Positions 1-12,943 of a stretch of DNA of 64,000 bases are shown piece by piece. Numbering within the stretch: position 1 is the stretch's first letter; every line of letters starts with the position of its first letter. Below the pieces are notes generated by a model, which did not search any database, was not told the origin of the DNA, and worked only from the letters and a program-made list of their open reading frames with translations. This DNA comes from Mobula hypostoma (Eukaryota): the NCBI RefSeq assembly GCF_963921235.1, contig NC_086110.1, positions 37,820,001 to 37,884,000 on the forward strand, in the 5' to 3' direction. The position numbers were made by a program, and so were the translations under genes.

Positions 1-235
1 CCTCTGAAATAATAACACTGAGAAACTGAAAGATGCTGACCCTCTCCACCTCTGGTCCTCCACCGAGAATTGGCTTATGGACCTCTGGTTTCCTCCTCTT
101 GAAGTCAATAATCAGCTCCTTGGTCTTGCTGACAGTGAGTAAGAGTTTGTTGTTGTGGCACCTCCCAGCCAGATTTTCAATGTCCCTCCTTTACGATGAT
201 TCATCACCACTTTTGACTCAGCCTACGACAATGAC
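1..235 (-). mobile_element. Rex1/Babar LINE RT C-terminal fragment (runs off window start)
   Basis: Minus strand reads LTVSKTKELIIDFKRRKPEVHKPIL..EVERVSIFQFLSVIISE, typical of the Rex1 RT/thumb region. Confidence 0.75.
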
Positions 236-1465
236 ATCTGTTGACAAATAACTCCTTGATTCTCCCGTACGCTCATAAAGGATGTTTAAGCTAGGAGTAG
301 TAATAACAATAAGAACAATAAGAAGAGTTGGAACCCTCTTCCCAAAAACAAAGGGGTTCCTGATGGCAATACAGGACCAGGTGGTTAACAGAAAAAAATC
401 AAAAATACATGACAAAAGACCAAGAAATTCAAGAAAACAAATGCAGAAAATGCCAAGAGAAACCAGAAGCAATCCAACATAGTACAATCAAAGTAATTTT
501 AACTCAATTACTTACACAGGCACGATCAAGTGGCAAACATAATTTGCTAAAATCTTACTTCAAAATACAAACTCATAAAAGTCACCGTACTTTACTATAA
601 GTGCAAGCTTGATCCAGTATTAGAGTCAGAGTTCTACAAATTATATTACAACCATAATAACCATCCAGATGTAGTATTACAGGATAAATAAGCAAGAACA
701 ACTTACTTAATAGATATAGCCAATCCAAACACACATAGCATACAGAAATCAATAAGTGAAAACCAGCAGAAATATGCGAAATTAAAAGAGGAAATTGAAA
801 GACTATGGAACATGAACAGGGTATACATTTGTCCCAATAGTAATATCTACAACTGGCATCCACCCAAAGTCACTACACAATAGCATTAAACAATTAGGCC
901 TACTAAGTAATATTTATCTAAATAGTCATAGTCATAGTCATAGTCATAGTCATACTTTATTGATCCCGGGGGAAATTGGTTTTCGTTACAGCTGCACCAT
1001 AAATAATAAATAGTAATAAAACCATAAATGGTTAAATAGTAATACGTAAATTATGCCAGGAAATAAGTCCAGGACCAGCCTTTTGACTCAGGGCGTCTGA
1101 CCCTCCAAGGGAGGAGTTGTAAAGTTTGATGGCCACAGGCAGGAATGACTTCCTATGACGCTCTGTGTTGCATCTCGGTGGAATGAGTCTCTGGCTGAAT
1201 GTACTCCTGTGCCCAACCAGTACATTATGTAGTGGATGGGAGACATTGTCCAAGATGGCATGCAACTTGGACAGCATCCTCTTTTCAGACACCACCGTCA
1301 GAGAGGTGACGGTGGTGTCTGAAAATATCCAGAAAGCCGCAATACTGAATACCACTAGAATAATCAAAAAGTTCCTAGCAATTGAGGAATGAGCATGCTT
1401 GGCTATACCCATACCTCAGGTTTTACCAGCTTGAGCAGAGAAAAAATAAAAATACAATAAATAAT
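236..1465 (+). mobile_element. R4/Dong-clade non-LTR retrotransposon, 3' part (CCHC finger + restriction-like endonuclease), frameshifted; interrupted by Rex1 insert 925-1320
   Basis: Spread over frames: GTLFPKTKGFLMAIQDQV, KCRKCQEKPEAIQH, HRHDQVA, HPDVVLQDK..YLIDIA (PD..D motif), IQKAAILNTTRIIKKFLAIEE*; A/TAA-rich 3' end near 1441-1465. Confidence 0.75.
925..1320 (-). mobile_element. Rex1/Babar 3' fragment with microsatellite tail
   Basis: SEKRMLSKLHAILDNVSHPLH..STFSQRLIPPRCNTERHRKSFLPVAIKLYN; (CATAGT)n tail at left; AAATA repeated at both flanks. Confidence 0.85.
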
Positions 1466-2109
1466 ACCTTTTTTTCATGGCACTGACTGGCCATGGTATA
1501 TATTCATGTTTCATTACGGGTACAGTTTGTGTTATTTATAAATGCAGTGAAAGAATTACAGCGAGTGTACATACAGTGAAGCAATATGGATAACTTTTAG
1601 CAAATGGACGTTTCTGATTTACCGAGAAACTGACCTATAGACAGTTCCCAGGAACAAGACCCAAACATACTGGGATAGCTTGTATTGCTTTGGCCGTGCC
1701 TCACTTCTCCTTCAAACAGTGTCAGGGAACCTTCTACAGCATCTGAGGGGTTTGATGTCTCTCCTTAAAATTGCAACATTTCCACAGTACTGCACTGGCA
1801 TGTAAACTTGGATTTTGTCGTGTTTATGGAATGGAGCTTGAATCCACAACCCATGAATCTACCAGTGGATCACAGCTAACACTCACGTCAGAAGTACCGG
1901 CAACGTTTCTCAGTAATTGCATTTTCAGGGGGGTATTTGCTAACCAGAGTTGTGGTTGATTCCCTTACTTAATATTTAATGGAGGTGCTTGAACAAACCA
2001 CAATGATGCTGCACAATTTATTCTACAGTGATCAATGGCAATCATATTAATTCTTGACATATATACTGTTGAAGGTTTTTGACTGATTATATCATGGCCT
2101 GGTAAGGTA

Positions 2110-2832
2110 ATAGTGGACTCTCGCCAATACATCATGGGCAAATCCATCCCCTCCATTTGAAGCATCTGCAGGAGGCACTGCTTCAAAAAGGCAAAATCTA
2201 TTATCAAAGATCACCACCATCCAGGCCATACCATCGCACAGGAGGAGCAAAAGCCTGAAGTCCCACCCCACAGATTCAAGAACAGCTATTTCTCTTCAAC
2301 CATTCATCTCTTGAACCAACCAGCGCAGCCCTACCCTAATCACTACAATTTAGCATCACAGTGAACACTTTGACCACCCTGCACAAAAATGGACTTTTTA
2401 TTTTGTTCTAATAGTGTTTTCTTGTAAAAAAATATTCATAATTTATGATTCATTTGTGCTTTTCTTGTGAATGGCATATCTTTAATGCCATTGGCCTGTG
2501 ACACTGCTCCAAGTAAGTTTTTCGTTGCATTTGTGCAGCTACGTACTTGTGCATTTGAAAATTAACTTGACTTTGACATAGCAGCAGTAAAGGCAGATTG
2601 CTATTTATATAGAACATACAAAGGTAAATAATATTATTTAAGAATTACTTTGAAAGTTGTTATGTTCACTACCTGCACTGCACTTTCTCTGGAACTACAA
2701 AACTTTATTCTGCACACTGTTATTGTTTAACTTTGTACTATCTCAACGCACTGTCGTAATGAATTGGGCTGTATGCAAGACAAGCTTTTCACTGTACTGT
2801 ACCTCAGTACATGTAACAATAACAAACCAATT
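2110..2832 (+). mobile_element. Degraded Rex1/Babar 3' ends (two adjacent remnants)
   Basis: IIKDHHHPGH-like C-terminus plus 3' UTRs resembling other Rex1 tails in the window (e.g. 14118-14345). Confidence 0.55.
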
Positions 2833-3660
2833 TACTTTCTCAAAATTAACTGCAGAACTTTGTGAAGAGGCTGAATGATGAAGAGAATTGCAATTCTTTT
2901 TTTTACAGAAGGCAATGCAATGGAAATGCAATGAAATATCAAGAGAGCTCATACAGGGTGAAAAAGTGATAAATATTTAAAAATCGTATCACTGAAACTA
3001 TGTCCATTGTCAGTACTTATCCCTAGTTCGTGCTGTGAGAGAGTAAACCCTTAACTACAAATCTACTCAAAGATTTGCATATTATTTTTAAAAGCACATG
3101 CCTTGAAAGTGATTGTTGCAAGACAATTAATGTTACATTTTAACCAGTCAGTCTGCCTTCTCAAGAGGCTCATTGTCCAAGACATGCAAGATAGCATGGG
3201 GAATTAAATTAATAGCGCAGTTGTCTAATAGGACATCTACAGAGGGATCAGTTACAAAAGGACAATTTTCAACCTCGAACGGTGTGGGTGTGGTGCACTT
3301 CTGCTGTGGTGTTCCATGGTAATAAGCTACATTGAGAAAGAAAGACACCTTAAGAAAATTCACTCTCAATCCCATCAGAATTTAATGGAGGCAGAAAAAT
3401 CCAGCTAAATATTGTTGTTCTTCAGAACCCCGACCCTAGCAAATACAAAATACAGAACACAAAGGTTGAATATCCAGTTCAGTTACCAGGCAGGTGAATT
3501 AGTTTTCTTATCCTTTCTGTGTTAAAACTGGTGCTTGCCAAATATCGTGGCAATCCACCATGGTTTTGATACTTTTGATTCTTACAGTGTCTCATTGCTA
3601 CACACATTAAAAGTTGCTGGTGAACGCAGCAGGCCAGGCAGCATCTCTAGGAAGAGGTAC

Positions 3661-3696
3661 AGTCGACGTTTCGGGCCGAGACTCTTCGTCAGGACT
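3661..3696 (-). ncRNA. Minimal type I hammerhead ribozyme (PLE-type)
   Basis: Minus strand AGTC-CTGACGA-A-GAGTCTCGGCCC-GAAA-CG-TC-GACT: core intact, one stem II mismatch. Confidence 0.8.
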
Positions 3697-4004
3697 AACT
3701 GAAAGAAGAGCTAGTAAGAGATTTGAAAGTGGGAGGGGGAGGGGGAGATCCGAAATGATAGGAGAAGACAGGAGGGGGAGGGATGGAGCCAAGAGCTGGA
3801 CAGGTGATTGGCAAAAGGGATATGAGAGGATCATGGGACAGCAGGCCTAGGGAGAAAGAAAAGGGGGAGGGGGAAAGCCCAGAGGATGGACAAGGGGTAT
3901 AGTGAGAGGGACAGAGGGAGAAAAAGGAGAGAGAGAAAAAGAATGTGTGTAAATCTCCCCCTTCCCTCCCACTTTCAAATCTCTTACTAGCTCTTCTTTC
4001 AGTT

Positions 4005-4040
4005 AGTCCTGACGAAGGGTTTTGGCCCAAAACGTCAACT
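4005..4040 (+). ncRNA. Hammerhead ribozyme, probably inactive (G12A)
   Basis: AGTC-CTGACGA-A-GGGTTTTGGCCC-AAAA-CGTC-AACT. Confidence 0.7.
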
Positions 4041-4524
4041 GTACCTCTTCCTAGAGATGCTGCCTGGCCTGCTGCGCTCACCAGCAACTTTTATGTGTGT
4101 TGCTTGAAATTCCAGCATCTGCAGATTTCCTCGTGTTAGTGTCTCATTGCTTTTTTTTGCCATCTGAAAGTTGTCATGTATTTTTTTTTGCTGTTAGATC
4201 TGATAATTATCCATGAAAGCTGCTGTATGAACTGCAATGAGCCCTGGTCACCAGAGAATCATAACATCAGGGATTTGATCTCAGACCCTTGGAGCAGACA
4301 CTCTGCTGTGATATCACCCAGATCATAACAGCAAAATATTCCCCAAAGGGAGTAAATGTTCCCATTAAGGTTTCCAGGCGTTCATTTCCATAAGCATAAC
4401 TGTAAATCAAATGGCATTAACTTGTTTCGTACAATGACTCCATGGCAAATAAGTTTGAGAAGTTTCACACAGGATCTAGACCCTAAGTGCGCAATGATGG
4501 GAGAGTCGTAAACACTGGCATTTC

Positions 4525-5290
4525 AGACAGCTCCTCCAACCGTCAGTGTGCCCATTAGCATGTAGTCCCACACCTTCAAATGCACCTGTCTTCAATATTC
4601 ATACTGGCCAATACTTACACTGGAAAGCCAAAGGGTTTCAGGCCAAACAAAGAACATCTTTCACTGAGTTAATGTGCTTCCAACAGCACCGCTGCATCTG
4701 CGTCCCTAGGAATAGCCCGTAAAGCAGTCACACAGAACAACTGCATTCCATTCCGGGCTTTCTTGGCAACATGTCTCCCAGAAGGAAATGATTGACAGTC
4801 TCATCCCCAGCACAGTTGCCGTGTGAGCCGCTGAGGACAGCATGCAGCGGCTTTGAGGGTCAGCTGTGCATGGAGGAATAGGCCAGCAGGTAGCTCAGCA
4901 CATAGTGATAACAGATGCTTGCATACTGCCAGCTTGGTAGACCCAAATTCAGAACCAGTCATCAGGGTGAGGGCAATGCTGGATAAAATTTCCACCTTTT
5001 TCTGGAGATTTATGCACTGTGCATTTGTGGGCATGATCCATGTTCGATTTCCATCTGAAATGGAAAAGGCTCAGGTGAATGCTGCAATACAGGTGAGGGT
5101 TCTTGATCACATCTGTGCACCTGCTGACCAGGTTCTTTTCCCCTGTGGAGAGGATCCATCCAGTTCTTCCTGTATGCTTTGTGGCAAGAGAATCACCCAC
5201 TTCATGTCAAACAGAAAACGTGTCTATGTTGATCAATCTTACACGTGCAACTGGGAGAAGGTGGTTCAGACTCTCTCTCTGATTGCACAG
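4525..5290 (-). mobile_element. Highly degraded Tx1/L1-like LINE, ORF2 C-terminus
   Basis: Minus-strand fragments LPAGLFLHAQLTLKAAACCPQR, CAGDETVNHFLL, YGLFLG, CCWKHINSVKDVL, HLKVWDYML resemble the zf-RVT/C-terminal region of Tx1 elements. Confidence 0.6.
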
Positions 5291-5409
5291 GTAAGGCATT
5301 CATATACATGGTCAGAGTACAGACAATCTCCTAGCACCACAGAGACAATCAGATAGAACAATATCTTCATCAGTCATTGGTGAATATTATCGACTTCAAC
5401 TTTATACCT

Positions 5410-5645
5410 TGTGATGCACCATCAACGACTCCAAAAGACTGGAAGTAGAGTAAATACTGAAAGACTTTTATTAGCAGTAAAATGTGACCTCCACCATGCT
5501 AATTATCTGCCCCTGGACGGAGAGGAGGAGCAGTGACACAATTGCCTTTATTCAGGGGTCTGTGGGAGGAGCCACAGGAGCAGTCAGCAGAGGGGCATGT
5601 CCAGACAGGTAACCCAGTTACAACATATATATATGGTTTACCACA
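5410..5645 (-). mobile_element. Probable solo LTR
   Basis: TGTG...CACA termini, minus-strand AATAAA, ACCTTGT repeated at both junctions. Confidence 0.5.
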
Positions 5646-6274
5646 CCTTGTAAGTTCCTCCTCCACCAAGGCCTGTCCTGTGAGACAAAGATATTGCCCT
5701 GCTATGATTGCATGCTGTATCAAGAACACAGTAGCAAAATCTATTCATGTAAAAACTAAACTGATGGAAGAACTGAGCTGAGTCAAACAGCATCTGTGAA
5801 AGCAGTTTAGCATTGCAACAGGACTGAGAGCTTAGAGAGAAAATAGCTAATACATGCAATCTCTACCCAAGGGTTCTGTTCCTGAGAACTGCCCACCTAG
5901 TCAATTTCTCTGTAAGTCAAACATTTCTATTTACTATAGTAACTATATTATATTGCTTAAAATATGCTTACTATAATTCTGTAGACTCTGGTGAAGATAC
6001 CTTTGTTTTAGTTGAGATTCATTTTGGCCAGCTACAGCCCAGTCCAAACTTCAAACTGATAGATTCCAGCATCACTCATTTCAGGCCTGGATCCTTCCTG
6101 ATGTATTTTATAAAAGCCTCACAGGAAAGGGGTTATTACTGGTTAATTTCAAGGAAGGAAATAGTTGATTAAAATCATATCAGTCTGCTTAGTAAACTGG
6201 AAAGAGTCACAGTTAAAAATGAATTGCTGCAGTAATAGAAGAAATAATCCTTGGTCAGGTCAAAAGCCAGGCCA

Positions 6275-6480
6275 GACATGATACAGGGTTTCAGCCTGAA
6301 GCATTAACACTTCCTTTCTTCTCACGGGTGCTGTTCGACCTGCTTGAGTTCCTCCAGCAGATTTTTTGTTGTGGCCTGAGACATTAACTGTTTCTCTCTC
6401 CTCTGGTGCTGCCTGACTTGCTGAACCTTTTCAGCAATTTTCTTTTTGCATTTAGATTTCCAGCATCAGCAGAATTTTGA
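6275..6480 (+). mobile_element. Old PLE/HHR-repeat 3' remnants in partial tandem
   Basis: Two degenerate GCCTGA..ATTAAC..GCTG..CCTGCTGAGTT units ending in GATTTCCAGCATCAGCAG. Confidence 0.55.
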
Positions 6481-8959
6481 TTGTCTGGCCTTGTCAGGCT
6501 TGAATTGGCTGTCGATTGCTGCAAGCAGGGTGAACGTAACTGAATTAAAGTGAGCACAGATACTAGTGAATCTGAACACAAAGTGACAAGCTCCAAAGCT
6601 GATGATATTGATAGTTTCATTGCTGGGATTTTTTTAAACCAATGCAGGAATGATCTGGTGCAAAGTGGCAATTGTCATATTTTTCTTAATCTTTAAATTC
6701 CTCCACTACTTCATTTGAATTGAGTTTGGTGGAGTTAACTATTGGACTGGTTTTTCTGGGCATTAGATTCTCAAATGAGAGAGAAAGCATTAGAATAGAA
6801 TAAAAAAAAGATGAGCTGGAAAAGAGCAGGTTAGACTTTCACTGCTCTAATTTTAAAGCTATAGCCTCCAGTACTGAATGGGCCATTCTTTTATTACTGA
6901 TAGTTCTTGAACATTTTCTTTAAAATTCTAGCTGAATATAAAACGTTACATGATAACACTTTATGTGTGAGCTGTAGATTCTGCTGTTCCTGTATGGGAA
7001 AATATTGCATATTCTTACAGATATGTAAGAAAGCTATTAAAAATATCAAGAAACTACCTGGGAATTTGCATTGCAGGGAGAAAAATTGAGTTTAAGTTTA
7101 TATGACACTTATCATGGCCTTAAAAAACTTCCAGAGAGTTTAGACATCATGTTATGATTCCAAAAGCAACTTAACAGCTCAATGCCAATTGTAAGATACA
7201 GTTTCAAATCTGTATGTGCTCAAATGGAACACATATTCGTTATAATTATTTTTGCTGCAACAAAATATCTTCGCTTCCAAACTCTATTATTATTTAAAGG
7301 TTCCCCCACCAAGTATCTATATCTGTCACTTGTGTCTTCATGCTTCTACAAAACAAGTTCCCCTGTCAGTGCTTTCAATATTTGGCGTTGCCACTAAACC
7401 TCAGGCTGCTTGTTCCAAATTAACCCAAGCATGAAAGCTGAAAACTATTGTTAGACTCCTTCACAAATTCCACTGCTTTAACGTATCCCCTTGTACTCTC
7501 TACAAAATATTATAGATCAGGGATAATAGTCAGCAATCAATGCAAAATATGATCAAATTTATTATACTTTTGTGTAGATTTCATGTTTTTTTGCAAATGA
7601 ATTATAATTTGGATAGCTAGCACTTTACATCAGAGTGAGCTGGTGGAGTTTCTTTTGGCTCTTGGCCAAACAAAGAAGGTTCCTTAAATTAGGGTGCAGC
7701 AGATTTGGTTGTTTTGTTCTCCACTAAAAAGGCTTTAGTCACTTCAGTCATTAGACAACTTGTACCAGTCTCATTGATATAGTTCAAAACCTGCTGGTTT
7801 TTCACTGGGATCATGTTCAGTTTTAACAATTGAAATACTGCAAGACCTACATTGTACCTTAGTGTTGAGATTAGGTGTGATAGTCCTGACTTGGTTCCAT
7901 GATGATTTCTGGGATTTTAATCACATCTTCTATACGGGGTTGGAGTTGTGGTTTCTGTAAGGATTTCTCAAGCCATTCTGTTAGGGATTTTTCATCCTTG
8001 CATTGAACTGGTTAGCAAGTGGATCAAGCAGGAGCAAGGCCCTTTTCCCAATCGTAATCATTAACATCATACATAAAACAAGAGGCTTTCAGTATACTCA
8101 CACGGGTCATTCCCATAACCTTGGGGCACAGTTTCCTGCTTTTCTCAATTCAGGTGATGCAAAGACTCGCCCATTCCTTCATCTTCAAAACCCTCAGAAA
8201 GATGGAGGCGGAATATGCAATGGAGTCAGGCATCAGTTAATGTACCTTCGTGCTTCAGTACACCAACGTTGATCATAGCTCATCTCCTGAATGTAGAAGT
8301 AACACTGCACTCTACATGCATATACTTGACGGTTAAGTATAGCAAATCTCCATTTGGTAAAAAGATCACAAAACTAGTTAAATTAATTATATTCATGATG
8401 AAGGATATTATGGGAATTATAGGTTGTATATGTATACATTCTGTGATATTAAATGGAATTATTGAAATATGCAGTTGATTTAAATTTCATTAGATGCCAT
8501 TAAGACTGAAATTCCTAGCTGTTCCCTCCAAGTTAAAGAAAGTGGCAAAAAAGCACATTTTTAATTCTTTGTGCTTTTTTCATGGATTTTCTGCCTGTTT
8601 GCCCATCAAGTCATGGGAGAGCATGCAAATCCTATGGAAATTCAATCTCAGTGTCAACAAGGCCAATCCTGCTTTTGGATTTCTTAACATACAGTAATTG
8701 CAAGGCATTATTTATAGACATCTTCTACATTTCAATTTAGTACCTATATTTATGTATGTATTTTTCTGTATTATGTTTCACATTTGGATAACAGCATTGT
8801 ACCAGTGGTCAGATTTCACAAAATGACCTCTGTAAAAACTCTCAGCATGGAGGTTCTCAAAGAATCTAAGATGCTAAAGTTGCTAATATTTTTTAAAACT
8901 TGACCATAAATCCATGAATTAGAAATATCCAATAATCTATCAATTCTTGTTTTGAGTGA

Positions 8960-9720
8960 ACTTGACAACTGGGTCTGCATAGCCTCTGGGTTAGAGAATT
9001 CTGAAGATTTATCCTCATTTCAGTTGCTAATGGCCTACCCTTTATTCTGAGACTCTGACTCCTAGTTCTAGACTCCTCAGCCAGAGGATATGTAGGCTTC
9101 AGTGCTCTATAATTAAGATTTTTCTGGAGAATATAGACCTAGTTTCCTCAACCTCTCAGTGTATGGCAAACCTGCCATCCTTGAAAGCAGCCTGATGAAA
9201 GTTCACTGCACACTCTCTTTGGCAAGCATATCTTTTCTTACATAAGGAGATCAAAACTGTACACAGTCCTCTGGTGCGGTCCCGCCAAAACCTCATTTGG
9301 CTGCAGTAAGTCTTCCTTATCCTGTATTCAAATTATGTCATAATAAAAGCTGACTTATCTTTGACCTTCCTAATCATTTACTGTATTTGCATATTGGCTT
9401 TCAGTAACTTATATACAAGCACATGAGGTCCCTTTGAACATTAACATCACCCAGTCCCTCTGATTGACAAATACTCTGCCTTCCTGTTTTAGGAATCAAA
9501 GAGGAAAACCTCAATACGCATACATTAAATGCCGTACTGTCTCTTTGTCCTCATCCTCTTAAAGCATTTTCATATTCTCCTCTGCACTCACAATCCCACC
9601 AGGTTTCATATCATCACCAAACTCGGAAGCATTAAATTTCATTGCTTTCCGCAACTCACTAGTTCACAAGAGGACTCCAGCACCAATCCCTGTGGAAGCA
9701 AGCTGGTCATGAGCTGCCAA
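8960..9720 (-). mobile_element. Old degraded CR1 fragment
   Basis: Recognisably similar to the minus-strand CR1 copies at 22.4-25 kb (e.g. GGAGATCAAAACTGTACACAGT, CTAGTTCTAGACTCC). Confidence 0.6.
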
Positions 9721-10074
9721 CCTGAGAAGCTGTGTGATGCCACCATCTCTTTAGGTCCATTCATTCTCTTAAAAGACAACTCAGTGCTTTTACTAAGAAC
9801 GAGAATACAAGTTCACTGATCTAACATTACCATGTTTGTTTGGGGATGAAGTGTGAACAACTGACAGAAGGAACCCATAGAGAACCAAGAATAAATACCA
9901 GCCTGCCTGACAATTCAACTATTCCTTTAATTTTCAGTACTTGTATTTCGATAACAGTGCATTGATTGACTCATTGCTGTTAAGACCAAATCTTTAAGTG
10001 CCCCAAAGTCACTTTATTTCCTATTTCAGAGAACTGGTCATTGCGTTTGTGAATGTGCTAATATGTTTGACTAG

Positions 10075-10452
10075 ATAGATAGATAGACATACTTTATTGA
10101 TCCCGAGGGAAATTGGGTTTTGTTACAGTTGCACCAACCAAGAATAGAGTTTAAATATAGCAATATAAAACCATAAATAATTAAATAATAATATGTAAAT
10201 TATGCCAGATGGAAATAAGTCCAGGACCAGCCTATTGGCTCAGGGTGTCTGACCCTCCAAGGGAGGAGCTGTAAAGTTTGATGGCCACAGGCAGAAATGA
10301 CTTCCTATGACACACAGTGTTGCATCTCGATGGAATGAGTCTCTGGCTGAATGTACTCCAGTGCCCACCCAGTACATTACGTAATGGATGGGAGACATTG
10401 TCCAAGATGGCATGCAACTTGGACAGCATCCTCTTTTCAGACACCACCGTCA
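10075..10452 (-). mobile_element. Rex1/Babar 3' fragment, near-identical to 925-1320
   Basis: Same ORF end; (GATA)n tail; GACTAG repeated at 10069-10074 and 10453-10458. Confidence 0.85.
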
Positions 10453-11211
10453 GACTAGCACGTTTCCATTCTCACAGACCAATCATATTATTGAACATCC
10501 AGTAATGGAGAAGGAGAAAATTTCTTCAAAGTTGTTTCTACAAAAATGAAAGCATACATGTCACCTCAAACTCCTTGACAACACTAACCGAGCCTTTGCT
10601 CAATTGCCCTTATATCTCTTTCTCCGCTATAACAGCAGATTTTGTAATGCTCTTGTTAAACACATTGAGAAATGTCATTACAGTACAGGTACTACATAAA
10701 TGCAAGTCCTTATTGTAACTGTGTTACAGAAGAAGAAACATTTACTGGAAAAATCAAAGCCCTACCTCCCAACTCATTTATTACAGTTAATTGTTTATTG
10801 ACTGAGCAGTATTTACAGCTTAGACATGTTCAATATGCCCTTAGATTGTGGTGGAATATATCAATGCTATGATTACGTAATCAATGTTTTGCCTTTCATG
10901 GAAACTACTTAAAACCACTTCCATAAAGAAAGATCCCGAAAGTTCCATTCTTTCTTCTCATTTCACTGACAATTCCTTATCAAGTGTACTGAACGGTGTA
11001 GACAACAGATAGGAAGTCTACATCAAGAGGATAACACCACATTGTCAATCTGTGACAGCTTGATGGGATTTAAAATATTACCAAAATACATGACCATATA
11101 ACCAACAATATAGCTATTTGTGTTGACCACATAGTCTCACATTGGCAGAAAAATTGCTTTCACTTACAGTAATGTGTTTCTCATCACATTAAGCTGATTA
11201 ATATAGTCATA

Positions 11212-12490
11212 GATTCATAGAAAAATACAGCACAGAAACAGGCCCTCTGGCACATCTAGTTGGAGATGAGCCATTTAGACTGCCTGCTCCCATCACCCAG
11301 CACCAGGACCATAGCCCTCCAAACGCTCCCATCCATGTACCTATCCAAACTTCCCTTAAACATTGAAGTCAAGCTCACATGCACCACTTGCACTGGCAGT
11401 TCACTCAAGACTCTCACAACCCTCTGAGTGAAGAAGTCTCCCCTCATGTTCCCCTTAAACTTTTCATCTTTTACTCTTAACCCATGGCTTCTAGTTGTAG
11501 TCCCATCCAACCTCAATGGAAAAGGCCTGCTTGCATTTACCCTATCTGTATCCCTCATAATGTTGTATTTCTCTATCAAATCTCTCCTCAATCTTCTGCA
11601 TTCCAAGAAATAAAGGCCTGACCTATTCATTCCCTCCTTATAACTCAGCTCCTCCAGTTCTGGCAACATCCTTGCAAATTTTTTCTGTACTCGTTCAACC
11701 TTATTTACATCTTTCCTGTAGGTAGTGACCAAAACGGGACACAATACTCCAAATTAGGCCTCACCAACGTCTTATACAATTTCAACATAGCATCCCATCT
11801 CCTGTACTCAATACTTTGTCCCTAAATGTCCCAAAAGCTTTCTTTACAACCCTATCAACCTGTGCTACTACTTTCAATGAATTATGGACCTGTATTTCCA
11901 GATCCCTTTGTCCCTTTTCCAGATCCCGCACTCTTCAGTCCCCTAGTATCTACTGTGTAAGACCTACCTTGTTTGGTCCTACCAAAGTGCAACACCTTGC
12001 ACTTGTCTACATTAAATTCCACCTCAAACAAGAGAACGTCTGCAGATGCTGGAAATCAAAGCAACATAAACAAAATGCTAGAGGAACTCAGCAGGCCAGG
12101 CAGCATCAATGGAAAAGAGTAAACAGTCTTTGTTTCAGGCCAAAACACAAAACGTTGATTGTTTATTCATTTTCATAGTTGCTGCCTGCCCTGCAGAGTT
12201 CCTTCAGCATTTTGTATGTGTTGCTTAAATTCCATCTACCATTTTTCAGCCCATTTTTCTCAATAATCCAGATCCTGCTGCAACCTTTGATAGTCTTCCT
12301 CACTGTCTGCTACAGCCCACATTTGTTGATCCCGTTAACCACATTATCATCTAGGTCATTGACACAGATTACAAGCAATAACGGACCCAGCACCGATCCC
12401 TTTGGCACTCAGAGAGGCAGCCATCTATTAGCACTCTCTGGCTTCTCCCACAAAGCCAATGTCTAATTCAATTTACTACCTCTTCTTGAA
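11212..12490 (-). mobile_element. CR1 LINE 3' portion, interrupted by PLE 12025-12224
   Basis: ORF 11256-11744 YRKDVNKVERVQKKFARMLPEL..FFTQRVV; CATAGA-type tail. Confidence 0.9.
12025..12224. mobile_element. Short PLE fold-back insertion (tailed arm on left)
   Basis: Inverted arms; TSD TTAAATTCCA(C/T)CT at 12012-12024 and 12225-12237. Confidence 0.8.
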
Positions 12491-12943
12491 TGCTGGTATC
12501 TTGATGCTGGCAATGATAAAAAAAAATTAATGCTCTAAAAATATATAGTTCCACTGAAAAATTTCAATTCCCATGGAAGTAACATCATCATGAGACACAC
12601 CATTCCAAATTAGTAATTCTAAGTTTCAGGAAAATTCTAACTTTAACCTAATCTGAAGATCCATGACGTGATACCGAAATTCCTGGGGATTACGCTTGAT
12701 TGCATTTTGACTAATTGGCAACATTTTCTGGAATACTGGAATACTGGAAGCAGCCTTGACGAAACTGATTGACACAATGAGAGGGAGCAATTCCAGCACA
12801 CAAGACTCAGACCTGTCATACTTGACAGTGAAGTAATAGACTGAAGTGTTGTCACACAAATGCAGTTGATAGTCAGTTACATGTCCTACCCTGTGTCTAG
12901 CACGTGAGGAAGGTGTACGAGGGAGGACAAGGTTCAACAACAA

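Larger units (their letters stand above)
3600..4137. mobile_element. Penelope-like element (PLE) fold-back insertion: inverted tail-less arm 3600-~3952 + forward tailed arm ~3953-4137
   Basis: Arms are reverse complements of each other; 14-bp TSD AGTGTCTCATTGCT at 3586-3599 and 4138-4151; same family as the GIY-YIG-bearing copy at 17045-18320. Confidence 0.9.

Noticed and set aside
4853-5356. 167-aa plus-strand ORF with an apparent donor CAG|GTAAGG at 5290
   Set aside because: No recognisable protein; it lies antisense to a Tx1-like relic, which explains the region better
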